The notes under the pieces were generated by a model, which saw only the letters and a program-made list of their open reading frames with translations, was not told where the DNA came from and did no database searches. The position numbers and the translations under genes were made by a program. 64,000 nt of DNA from Felis catus (taxonomy: Eukaryota). Of this stretch, positions 1 through 11,688 are shown one piece after another. Location of the stretch: NCBI RefSeq assembly GCF_018350175.1, contig NC_058368.1, positions 201,750,001-201,814,000 on the forward strand. Direction: 5' to 3'. Positions within the stretch are counted from its first letter, which is position 1. Each line of letters begins with the position of its first letter.

Positions 1-133
1 CATAAGATTTATATAGTGGATTAGCGATCTTTCACGTTAGCTGACTCTCAGCTAATCCCCTGCCCCCAACAAATTCTATTACTATACTATTTATACAAAA
101 AACTCTAGCATTAATTAAAAATAGAACATAGTT

Positions 134-285
134 GGGGCATCTGGCTGGCTCAGTCGGTAGAGGATGCAACTCTTGATCTCGAAGTTGTGCGTTCAAGCCC
201 CACACTGAGTTTAGAGATTACTTGAATGAATGAATGAATGAATGAATGAATAAATAAGCCCCCAAATTTACACAAATATATTTAA
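134..285 (+). mobile_element. Short tRNA-derived carnivore SINE with (GAAT)n tail
   Basis: GGGGCATCTGGCTGGCTCAGTCGG A-box and GTTCAAGCCC B-box; flanking duplication AAAATAGAACAT. Confidence 0.85.
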
Positions 286-3200
286 AAAAATAGAACATGA
301 TCATTTAATAGCTATTACTACACATACACTTTAATACAAAGTGTATAAGCCTAAACATAACCAAATGTGTACAACATTTATGAGTTTATTTTTGAGTTTA
401 CAATCAATAAGTTTCCATTTGCAAAATATTGCCTATTCTTCATGTTATTATATTGCCCTCCAGCAGTTAGTTCTTATAATTTAAACTATAAAACCATGCC
501 AAGTCCTTCCTGCCATTGCACATACATAATTTTTTTTGCAATATAATATTCATTACGCACCATTTAAACACATGGAGAACTTTATGTGTCCCTGAGATTT
601 ATTTTAGAAGTTTTTAACATACATTTTAAATTTTGTTTGAATCAAAACAATTTAAATGTGAGCAGTGAAAACATATTTCAAGAATGGTTAAGCCCTAAAG
701 AATATTTTAGAACCTAACTGCATTGTAGAAACTTTGTGTTTTCAATGAATTTAAATCACTTCCCACTGGAAATAGAAATGATAAACCTCAAGAGAATCTA
801 GCTACGTATTTATACTTGGCATGGTGTTGGTGAGTGGTTTTCAAACCCTTTTTTGCCATCCTCTTTCTGTTTAAACAAAGTTTTTCATGTAAGCCCAATA
901 TACAGAACAGTAACCAGAAACTGGTTACTATTCCAGTTGAGGCACATGTGCACAGTTCAGTGTTCCTATCTGTAAACGGGGATTTAAAAAAAAAAAAAAA
1001 AATCACACCTAGCGCATCAAGTAGAGCAGAGGACCGAGAAAGAGAACCAAGTAAGATAAGGTTCATAAACTCCCCCGGAGGTATACAGAGCTGTTTCACT
1101 ATTAACAGCATTAGGGAACTTGGATAAGCCGTGTCTTCTGTGTGTTGTAACCCAGTGTGTGTACAAAAATAGGTTTTTAATGAAAATTTTCATTGAGGCT
1201 TATTATGAAGTAGTGTTTTTATTTTTATATCCATAGTTTATCCAAACCCTTAGCTTATTGTTAAAACTGTTCTCGCTAAAAAAGAAATGAGCAGCGCAAA
1301 TAAAAATTCAAAATTAAAAAACTAGTATTGAACACATATGAGAATAATGAAGAGTATCTACTGGAAACTCAAAACCTACAAGCCTTCAGCTCTTTGTATT
1401 TCTGACTTTATAGTTTATGCTTCAGGTTCTTTTCATGGTTTGGAAGAGAGACACATTCCAAGGTGGGGTGGGGGGCTGGGGGGGGGAGGTACTGTCCATT
1501 AAGAAAGACAGGGATCCCACAGAGATCAAGACAGATTTATAGTAAGATAGGCCCATGCATGTTTAAGCTTCTCCACTGTCTCATATAACTTAAGTTGTTG
1601 TTTGAGCTTTAAAATCAATTTCTTCTACTCAATTTGGATGTTAAAAAAATCATATTTCTGAATTAAAGGGTTTTTTTGGTATAATTGTTATTTATCTTAG
1701 GTTATATTTCAAAACTTGAAATCTTATATCTGAGACATGGAGCGGGGGATGGGAGGATGGGGTGAGGAGGGAACAGGATGTGCTTTTTCATTCATTCTGA
1801 AAATAAGAACTTAAGCTATAAACATTTGTCTAAGGTCCACAGCAAGGCTGGATACACAAAAATACAGATTGTCGGGTTTCTCAGCTGACTTTGCTTTAAT
1901 AGGATTGGGTGTTGTTCTTGAATAATGAAGCGGGATCTGGGGCCTAATCAGTCCATCCAGAGCAAGCAATGTGGAACGTTTTCACATGACAGGAGAAGAG
2001 AATGAGATCCTACTTTTCATATCCCATGTTGATCAGGGAAATGGGAAAGTCTAGTAGCAGGGACACACAGAATGATTGCCAAGTACCAGTGATAAAAACT
2101 TCTAACTGTAGGGACACTAACCCACACAACCATGTACGTGGTTTTCTCCCACCGGGCTCAGCAGCCCTTATGCAGGGTTCAAAGAAGACCAACAGTTGCA
2201 CTGATTCATGGTGTTCAGAGTGAGTATAACAAAAAGACAAGGGCACTGGGAAGTTAGAGGCTGATAAAACACTGGTGAGTCTGGCAGTAAGTTCTTGTTT
2301 TTGCATTTTCCAAAAACTCTTGATGAAGTGTTTTTAAAGCATTTTAAAGCATCTCCCAGTTTGCTGCATTAACATTCTAATTGATTTCAAAATGTAGAGA
2401 ACCAATGATTTGGTTTGGGTTGGGTTTTCTGATCATAATCCAATCTGCATTGTCAAATGGAAAAACCCAGGAAAATCTAGGACTGGACAATCCTTGTGAT
2501 GTTAATATGAATTTTAAGCAGATTCAAAGTATTACAAGTCAGCTCTCATGCCTGGGAGTGATATTTACAACCTTCGTGAACAAAAGCGTTAAGTGGAGCC
2601 TTGTGGGATTTCTAAATAAGTAAACAGTGTAGTTACCTGTGTTGCAGAAGGTATGACATGCTTACCCAGACCTCTGAGTAAAGTGACAGAATAGTACAAG
2701 TAGTGACTGAAATGTTAGGACTTCTGGGGAATAGTAGTAAAAGAGGACTTATATAATCCGATAAATAATCATGCTTAGAGAAAAGAGAAAAAATATAAGA
2801 CACAGTTTGGCTTTGGAAAGAGAAAAGTCTAACAAACATAATGAACATTAGGCACAGAATTCTACGGAAGCCTGAGTTTTATCTAACCTGTTTCATCACC
2901 AAATGGGATATAACTTATCCTCTTTACATCTCCGGGAGCCACTGCAGCTTATAATGCGTCCTGTCCTTTAAGCTGAATAAATGGTCAGTGAGTCATTTTA
3001 GCAATTTATACCCCATAAGAAATTTTATTTGTAATAATTTTACACATTTCTATTAAAATTACAGTAGAACATACTGCAATGTAAATATAAGAAAGATACA
3101 GAATAAATGAGTATGCCTGATTGAGGTTCAACATCTGTTTTCAAACAATCAAGAGGCAGTTCTTTCTGTTTCTCTTCCTTTGAAGATCAGATATTCCTTT

Positions 3201-3589
3201 GACTTTCATTTCCTGGCCTGATTTCATCTGTCATTTATCTAACTATTTAAAAAACCCAAGTAAGTTTTCTGATTTCCTTAGTATCAGTCTGAATCAGAGC
3301 AAAAGAAAACCAGCTGATAGCTAGCTATACTTATTTAGAAAACATCGTTATTTACAAAAGCCCTTGCACTTCTACAAAGAAACAGCCAACTTCACTGGTG
3401 CAGAATAAAATAGGTAAAACAAAACTGGGAGCAAGGTGCAGAAAATACCAACAGCAATTAGGATATTTCTATCACTTACTATAGGAATGAGCTGCCATTA
3501 ACTGAACCATAAAGAGCAAACTCCCAGTGAAATGTGTAGTAAATTTCCAGGATGTAAAAGTAGTCAGTTCAAATACGTGAGTCAAGAAT

Positions 3590-3835
3590 AGCATTACGGT
3601 TAAGAACCATGGCTTGGTGCCATTGTCCCAGGGCTCGAATCTTGTGTATATCGCTTACCAGCAGTGTTGATATTAAATAGATTACTGGTTTATTCATCTG
3701 TGAAGCAAGGGTAATAATAATACCCACCTCATAGGGTTATGATGAGGATTCAATTAAATAATCCATGTAAAACACGTTCAACACACGATCACATAAAAAG
3801 CACTCAAAAGCATGTGCCATTAATAACATTACTAT
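3590..3835 (+). mobile_element. MIR-like SINE fragment
   Basis: MIR-like core: TCATCTGTGAAGCAAGGGTAATAATAATACCCACCTCATAGGGTTATGATGAGGATT. Confidence 0.7.
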
Positions 3836-4399
3836 TATCTTCTGGAGTGAAGATTGCATTGCCCTAGATCAAGCAATAGATCAGGATCCACAGAGGAACA
3901 TTAACAAAGTAAAAATGGACCTCCTGAATGGGATAAACTAACGTGACCAAAGCATTCTCCTTATTTTCATTGTAACTACACATTTCCATGTATCACACAA
4001 AAATAACAAACTTGCACAAATATTTAACAAACAAATGCTAATTTAGTTAATTTAGGTTTGAGAATAACATTGTATCTCTTCGAGAGAAAAGCTTACTGAT
4101 AAAAAATAGTGTATGAGTAGCAAGAAAAACTTTTTATATAGGTTTCCCATAAACAAGTAAAATAAAACAAATATATCATACAATTTGACAGATGATTATG
4201 ATCATAAATGGCTATTCTATGTTTTTGTAGAGTCTAAATCTTGAAATGCAAACAAGTTCTAATAGAATTGTCTCTTTCTACGTTTTGCAATTTGTCTTTT
4301 CAAACATATTCCCAAGAACAGGACAAATTTCTCTTAAAAAGTACAGCAGAATCTAGCATGGTGCCTTATACTTAGGAAGTTTTCAATAAGCATTTATGA

Positions 4400-4610
4400 T
4401 GCAGTTTTGAAATGAGACAGAAGCAGGTTCAAAGTCCAGCTTTTACCCATACTTGCTGAGTGATGCTGAACAAACTGCTTAACCTCCTTCAATCTTAATC
4501 CCCTTATTTGTACCATGAGCACAAAAACACACAAACCACAAGAGTTCTGTGAAAATCAAATAAGGAAGCAATATGCAAAATATGTACACACAGTGCCTAG
4601 CACACAGCGC
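4400..4610 (+). mobile_element. MIR-like SINE fragment
   Basis: GGTTCAAAGTCCAGC...ACTTGCTGAGTGA...CTTAACCTC...ACAGTGCCTAGCACACAG. Confidence 0.6.
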
Positions 4611-6558
4611 TCATGTCATCCGCAAACAGAGATCATTTTCGTTTTTCCTTTACAGCCTGGATACCTTCGAATAATTTTGCTTACCTAACCGCCCTGGCTA
4701 TAACCTCTAGCACAATGTTGATGAGAAGTGACAAGAGCATCCCAAAGAATGAACTAACTTAAAAATAAACTTATCCAAGGTTGTGCGAGACCCAAACACT
4801 GAAAACTACAAAATAGGGTATAATTTAAATAAATGGAAAAATTTCCTGTGTTCCTTATGGACTGGAAGGGTTACAAGTTTTGTTAACTCAGGAATACTTC
4901 CCAAATTGACCTACAGAGCCAGTGCAAAGCCATTCCAACTGCCTTTTTGGGCAGAGATGGACAAGCTGACCTTAGAATTCATACAGAAATGCAAGGGACT
5001 CCAAATAGTGAAATCCGATTTTATAAAAGAAATACAAAGTTGGAGGACTCGTACTTCTTGCTGACAAACTTAATGCAAAGCTACAGTAAACGAGATAGTG
5101 TAGTACAGGTGCAAGGACACACATACAAGTCAGTGGAATAAAATTAAGAATCCAACAAGAGACCAATACATCTACAGTGAAATGATTTTCACAAGGGTGT
5201 CAATATCATTCAATGGCGAAAGAAGGTCTTTTCCACAAACTGTGTGGAGGCATTTGGATACTACATACAAAAGCATGAAGTTAAAATCCAATCTCACGAT
5301 ACACAAAAATTAACTCAAACAGGATCAATGACTTAACTGTAACATAGAAACTATAAAACACTCAAAAGGAATTAGGCAACAGTTCAATTGATAAATATGG
5401 ACTACATAAAAATTAAAAATTTTTGTGTGTCACAGGACACTATCAAGAAAGTGAAAAGGAAACCCATAAAATAGGAGAAAATATCTTCAAGTCACATATC
5501 TAACAAAAATCTAGTATTCAGAATATATAAAGAACTCTTAAAGCGCCTGGATGGTTCAGTTGGTTGAATTCTGACTCTGGATTTCAGCTCTGGATCTCAC
5601 AGTCATGGGATTGAGCCCTGCGTCGGGCTTCACACAGAGCATGGAGCTCGCTTGGGATTGATTCTCTCTCTCCCTCTCTCTCTCTGCTCCTCTCCTGAAT
5701 GACTGCATGCTCTCTCTCTCTCAAAATAAATCAATAAACTTTAAAAATAAAAAAGAACTCTAAAAACAACAACAAAAAAGAAATAGTCCAATTAAAAATG
5801 GGTGACAGATATAAACAGACATTTCTCCAAAAAGATGTATAAATGGCCAATAAGCACAAGAAAAGATGCTCGAAATCACTAATCATTAGGGAAAGCGCAA
5901 ATCCAAACCACAACGAGATACCACTTCACACACACTAGGATGGCTATTAGGGGGGATTAAAAAGGAGAATCGCAAGTGCTGGAGAAGATGTGGAGAAACT
6001 GGAGCCACCTTATACCGCTGGTGGAAATACAAATGGTATAGCCACTGTCAAAAATAGTTTGGCAGTCCCTCAAACAGTCAGAATTAACAGATATCCCAGC
6101 AATTCCATGAAATGATGAAACGATCATTTAATGATATCCATTAAATGTCATACATCCATACAATGTAAAATTATTACACCATAAAAAGAAATACAGTATT
6201 GATACACACTACATGGATGAATCTTGAAAGCATTATATTAAGTGAAAGAAGACAAAAACAAAAGGCCACATAATGTATGGCTCCATTTATATGAAATGTC
6301 CAGAGGAGGCAAATTCATAGGAACAGAAAATAGTTTAACAGTTGTCAGGGGAGGAGGGGAGTAAAAAATTCGGAATGACAGCTAACAGTTACGGATTTCT
6401 TTTGTGGGGGGGAATGGAATGTTCTGGAATTAGACAGTGATAATAGCTGCACAACACATGTGAACACACCAAAACCTACTGAACTGTATACATTAAAATA
6501 GTGAATTGCATGTTATATGATTTTATCTCAATTTAAAAATTGCAAAAAAAAAAAAAAA
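4611..6558 (+). mobile_element. 5'-truncated, 5'-inverted old L1 (L1M-type), interrupted by a SINE
   Basis: 4611-4743 is ORF2 RT sequence on the minus strand (…SLFADDM). 4745-6558 is degenerate ORF2 C-terminus (ORF 4783..5064 resembles ENYK..LNKWK..C.W.GR) plus 3'UTR and poly(A) on the plus strand. Confidence 0.85.
5540..5751 (+). mobile_element. CAN-SINE nested in the L1
   Basis: tRNA-like head, (CT)n tract and AATAAA tail; TSD AAAGAACTCT. Confidence 0.85.
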
Positions 6559-7135
6559 CTACTTGAGATTGGATAATTCCTCCCAAAATGCACATATACA
6601 CATTGATTCATATTTCTATACTCCTTCAATAACACCCCAAATGTGTCAGTGATCTGGCATTTTTTGAAATCTTTATTCTGACTCTATGCATACTACTGCA
6701 TACCTCTTCTAACTTGTACCTTTCAAGCATCTTGAAATTGTGTGGTTTGAAGAAACACTGCTTTCAAACTTACACCTGTATATATACACCTGTATCTATA
6801 TTTATCTCTCTATCCATCTAGATCTATATCTATTGATATTAATAAAGATACAGATAGATAAAAAATAGATGGAAGGAAAGAAAGATGACAGATAGGCACA
6901 TATAAGAAATACAGTAAGAATTATTCTACTAACATGAAACTACTTGCTGTTTCACAGACTCCTTCAGAAATAGTGATTCACTTGTTCAAAATTATACCAT
7001 TATGTGTATTAAAGAATTTCCTCAGTAGGAGAGCATTTGCTATAAATAAAGTTATTTACTTATTTATTTTTATGTCTCAACTTTTTTTCATTTATATTCT
7101 GTATCAACAATGGTATTCTATCAACGAGAACTTAC

Positions 7136-7231
7136 CCTAAGCATGGGGCCATTTTGAAACACGTGTGGCTCATCACAAACCACACAGTATTCATTCAATA
7201 CAGGGATCCGCTGCTCAGCAAACTCAATTGT
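7136..7231 (-). CDS. PARP8: PARP8 coding exon (96 nt), TIEFAEQRIPVLNEYCVVCDEPHVFQNGPMLR (start of the C-x2-C...H Cys-rich region shared with PARP6)
   Basis: tatccag| acceptor and |gtaagt donor; phase 0-0; CVVC motif. Confidence 0.96.
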
Positions 7232-7333
7232 CTGGATAAAACAATAAAGAGAAATAAGGAAGTCAAGTTCATAAATAATTTGGAAACCCATCAAAAGCTA
7301 AAATATTTCTGCAACGGATGGCTTGGCTCCTAC

Positions 7334-7384
7334 CTGCACTAGGAAGCCGCGATCTCGTATTGGAATGCATTTGGCACCATTTGG
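7334..7384 (-). CDS. PARP8: PARP8 coding exon (51 nt), PNGAKCIPIRDRGFLVQ
   Basis: tttttatag| acceptor and |gtagga donor; phase 0-0; followed by a 102-nt intron. Confidence 0.95.
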
Positions 7385-8718
7385 CTATAAAAAGAAAAGT
7401 AAAAGAAGAAAATAATTCTTTAACTTGGAGCATATATAAATTACGCCTTTGACTTTTTGCAACAGTGAATACAAGTGTTATCTAAGATCACCTGTTACAG
7501 GAATTAAATCAGTGATTACGACATCAAGACTTTAGGATTTCTTTATTATAATATACTTTCTGCCATTACTACTGCAAGTCTTGTCTAAGCTAAATGAATA
7601 GTATTCTTAATTTCTGATCTCTAGTAAAAATGGTATTTTAAAATGTACACAAAAGCTCGTTTCCTCTGGTACGCATCGTCAAATGCTCCCACCTCCTCAT
7701 TTAGACTACTTTAATCTCATTTTACAATGAGAATTATTCTTCCAAGGAAAAATTAGACAGTTGCTGAAGGGGTACAACATTAAACTACTGTACTGTATTA
7801 GGCTTAATCATACAGGAAGACAGGAAGACATTTTCTTTTACAGAATATGTGAAATTCTCTTTCTTAGGTGAAACTACCATGGGAAGAAACTTTCTAGTAT
7901 GCACCACTCTGACATTATTTTCTATATGCCCTTACTGTCTACTTCTGTTAAGAAATGGGCTTTTAAGGATGTCCACCTAAAATTATCAGCATACTTAAAT
8001 ACATTTTCTTAACACAAATATAATTTTACGGTATCATTTACAATGTAATTTTAGAAACAAATCTATATGAGAGCAGCACAACTTTCTGAAAACGTATCTT
8101 GTTTGTTTTCAATTTCATCTATGGCTAGCTGTATCCATATTAATGGTTAAGAGTTAGATATACCCTTGCCCCAACATACACACGTTTACTAAAAGAAAAC
8201 ATTTTTAATCAACTATGTTATGTAATTAATATACATAAAATAGGTTTGTTTCTTTATCTGAAATCAGCTGTAATGTTGATCACTCTAGAGGTAAATTTCG
8301 TGTAAGACTGACTCCCAATAAATTCCACACCAAAGTGGAATTTAAGTGTTAATACAGTTACCTTCTGGCCCCATCTCCCCCAGAAAAACTTCAGGATAAA
8401 GTGACTTCAGTTTTAGAAAGCAGACACTGAGAGCAGCTTTAAGTGAAGCTCTGGGATACGGATGCAAGTGTTTCTTTTCTTTAGAAGTTACGATTCACAG
8501 GTGAAGTTTTCCTAATATATATATTTATATCCCTATAATATTTATATATATGCAAATTTACTTATATACAAATAATTTAAATATAAATATATTATATACT
8601 ATTATATACTATATAATTATATAATATGTTATATATTATATATAACAGGAAGGACACTACTCTGAATTTATTAGTCAAACTCTGTCCCCCATCACTTATG
8701 TAAGAAAATGAGAGAACA

Positions 8719-8941
8719 GGGGCGCCTGGGTGGTGCAGTCGGTTAAGCGTCCGACTTCAGCCAGGTCACGATCTCGCGGTCCGTGGGTTCGAGCCCCGCG
8801 TCAGGCTCTGGGCTGATGGCTCAGACCCTGGAGCCTGTTTCCGATTCTGTGTCTCCCTCTCTCTCTGCCCCTCCCCCGTTCATGCTCTGTCTCTCTCTGT
8901 CCCAAAAATAAATAAACGTTGAAAAAAAAAATTAAAAAAAA
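8719..8941 (+). mobile_element. Young feline SINEC_Fc-type SINE
   Basis: Near-consensus CpG-rich body (TCACGATCTCGCGGTCCGTG); perfect 17-bp TSD AAGAAAATGAGAGAACA at 8702-8718 and 8942-8958. Confidence 0.95.
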
Positions 8942-9300
8942 AAGAAAATGAGAGAACAGATAAACCTACTTGATAAAACATTAAAATGCTATGTTTGCTT
9001 AAAAGGATAGGCTTTGTGGATCCAACGGGCTTCCTTCCATTTTTAGCAGCATTCATGACCATAATAGGAATTTGGACTAGACCTTAAATCAACAGCTACA
9101 TTTATTTTTTCAGAATCAAAACGAACATTCCAGCACCAGTTGCACGTGTCTGGTATGCCAAATGATTTCCAAAAAGGAAAAGGAGGAAATTAAAAAGAAC
9201 GACAAAACATCTTCTTTCCTCTACCAGATCTTACAAAAACAAAAATCTCTCCTGCACCCTAGCTAACGTTTACGAACTCAAGATGAAAGTATTTACGCAC

Positions 9301-9865
9301 AGCAGGCTGGGAAGATGACGACGAAGAGGGTGTTAAGATACCAATAAGCCCTGAGGTAAGAGAGAGCCTCCTGCCCTCTGCGTTAGGTTCCTTGAAAAGC
9401 TCCGTCTTGGATGACTTGGGAGCGCTGGAGTAAGACTTGCTGAGCAGTTTGTGGTTTTTCAGTCCGTACAACTCTTCCATTCTGAGATTACTGGAGTAAG
9501 ACCTGCTCAACAGTTTGTGGGGCTTCAGGTTGGCGTTGTGCTCGCATCGCGGATCTCCAGAACAAGACCGAGTCAACAGCTTATGCGACTTCAGCGCCAG
9601 GCAGTCCTCTTGCTTGCCAGCTGCAGGGCAGGGCCGGTTCAAGAGTTTGTGCGACTTAATTGTCGTCACCGCCTGCTCAGCCCTGGGGTCGCTGGACAGG
9701 GAGCGACCAAAGGTCCTGTGCGACTTGCTGGAGCACACGTCCTCAGCCTTGACGGTACTGGAACAAGTCCTCCGCAGCAGCTTATGCGTTTTGGAGATTC
9801 CATCTTGCTCAGATTTCAGCTTGGATTTGCTTTTACCACAACCAGGGGGAGGATAACTTGGCGAC
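9301..9865 (-). CDS. PARP8: PARP8 large coding exon (565 nt), (R)SPSYPPPGCGKSKSKLKSEQDGISKTHKLLRR...GILTPSSSSSSQPA
   Basis: Contains the supplied ORF 9259..9738. Acceptor tactaattgttgttcaattttgaag| includes a branch-point-like TACTAAT; donor |gtgcgt; phase 2-0. GC/CpG-rich relative to the flanks; PARP8-specific peptide. Confidence 0.97.
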
Positions 9866-10393
9866 CTTCAAAATTGAACAACAATTAGTACAGGGCAAAT
9901 CACGAGTAAAACACACCACGGAAAAGACCTGTGAGGCTTTATCACCTCAACTCTGCTACAAACACCGCCTTGCTTTAAATACAGCCCATCCAGCTCAAAC
10001 TGAAACCAACAGTATGCGTAGAGGGATTCACATGGACTGAACTGAATTATATTTTTTCCTGGAAAGCAAAACAAGATTATCAGGTTTTTTTTTCCCCCTC
10101 CTATCTATCTCAGAGCTCTATACAGAAGCAATTTTGATACAGAAAACTCTATGTGACTAGAAAACGAAGAATGCCATTTTAGTATATTTAACTTACGTTA
10201 AGAGAACAAAAACTCTAAATGTAGAAATGAATACATGTTTTTGATGGAACGGATGTAACAGTCTGTTCTCTGAAGTCACACAGAAAATAAACAGACGCCA
10301 CAGCTATACAAAGAATGCATGAAGTACAATAATCATGGAGCATCACACGCCCAGAATTCAGTTAAGACCATGGTGAAGTCATCTGTTACCTAC

Positions 10394-10519
10394 CTGCGCA
10401 AGGTAGTAAATAAATGCAGGGGGGACTTCACCTTCTTGTCAGACAGCTTCTTACTGTGCAGGCAATTGGATTTCTCTTTGCTCTGTTTCCACTGCTGTGT
10501 AACAAATGTCTGCATGATT
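10394..10519 (-). CDS. PARP8: PARP8 coding exon (126 nt), (K)IMQTFVTQQWKQSKEKSNCLHSKKLSDKKVKSPLHLFTTLR(R)
   Basis: gacag| acceptor and |gtaggt donor; symmetric phase 2-2. Confidence 0.95.
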
Positions 10520-10791
10520 CTGTCAATCCAAAGTAAGTCTGTTATCACAGTCCCAAGGCGATTTAATACGAGATTTCTGTATTACGTACAGCATGTATTT
10601 CTCAAAGGAAAATAAATGCACAGTAATTGGTGAGATTCTAATTTAGAATCATACAAGATGTCTCCAAATGTAGGAAAGCATTATACAGAAAATTTATATG
10701 ATTTGACTGCCATTTTGGTTAATAACTCATTAATTACTGTGATAGGATTAATAACATAAATGATAAAAGGATGTTCTTTTAAAGAAATTTA

Positions 10792-10965
10792 GGGGTTCCT
10801 GGACGGCTCGGTCGGGTAAGCATCCAATTCTTGATTTTGCCCCAGGTCATGATCTTGTGATTCTTGGGATCAAGCCCCGCACCAGACTCTGCACTGTGAG
10901 TGCAGAGCCTGCTTGGGATTCTCTCTCTCCCTCTCTCTCTCTGCCCCTCCCTCTATCTCTCTCTC

Positions 10966-11010
<45 letters not shown>
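10792..11010 (+). mobile_element. CAN-SINE with (GA)n tail
   Basis: tRNA head, (CT)n tract, and a tail converted to about 20 GA units. Confidence 0.88.
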
Positions 11011-11014
<4 letters not shown>

Positions 11015-11688
11015 GAATGCAAGCCTTTAGGACCAACTTTAGCCGAAGTTCTTCAGCCAAAAGAAAATTCACAATTCTTTTGTTGGTGCCAGAAACACAG
11101 TCTTAAAAAAATGTTTGATAGTAATTATGCTTTTATCTATTAAGATACAAGTAAAGTCAATTTCTTTTCACTTGATTTGCTTATGCAATTTTCTTCATAA
11201 AAAAGGAAATAAAATGAAACTGCAAAAACCATAAGTAAAAATAAACCATGCAAAACTGACTCTATGGAGAAATACATAATCAGCAAATCTTATCTTTCAG
11301 CACAGCCCATTCACCTTTAAATACAGTGTGGTTTAAAAAAAAAAATGTGTGTGTCTCTAAAAGCTTTTAGTTACTATCATAAAGCAGGAATTTGCTAACT
11401 CTGATCTCAGTATTTTCTAAGTTGAGACCACCGCACATCACTGTTTTATGGCAAAGAATTCTGGAACGTCCATTGTGGACGTGGACACAGCACTGTTTTC
11501 TGAGGCTCCCAGGCTGCAACAACTTCTCAGTATCTCACCTTTCAGGTGGAAACGGTGGAGGGTCCCTTAAGGCTGATACTAAAGTAGACATAATATTTTA
11601 AACATTATGTATACAATAAACATTTTGATTTTCTTTCAAAAGTCAATTCAGTATTGCCTACTTTTCATGTTCCTCTCAGCTCTCAGGG

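Noticed and set aside
134..210. tRNA gene-like A/B boxes here and in other SINE heads
   Set aside because: They are tRNA-derived SINE heads with tails and TSDs, not complete tRNA genes.
1462..1490. G-rich run that could form a G-quadruplex (also about 35715-35732)
   Set aside because: Short low-complexity tracts that are common in mammalian introns, with no supporting context.
4611..5064. Reverse transcriptase FADD motif as a functional RT gene
   Set aside because: Short, interrupted by stop codons, and part of a dead truncated L1.
1..7135. Further PARP8 exons downstream of 7136, or the canonical first exons above 44532
   Set aside because: I found no sequence encoding the expected flanking peptides; these exons presumably lie outside the window.
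9394..9792. Periodic 66-bp pattern as a CRISPR-like or DNA-level array
   Set aside because: The periodicity is at the protein level with degenerate codons, in a eukaryotic coding exon with no repeat-spacer structure.
9451..9888. 145-aa antisense ORF over the large exon as a separate gene
   Set aside because: It starts at GTG, coincides with the GC-rich exon, and is explained as a shadow frame.
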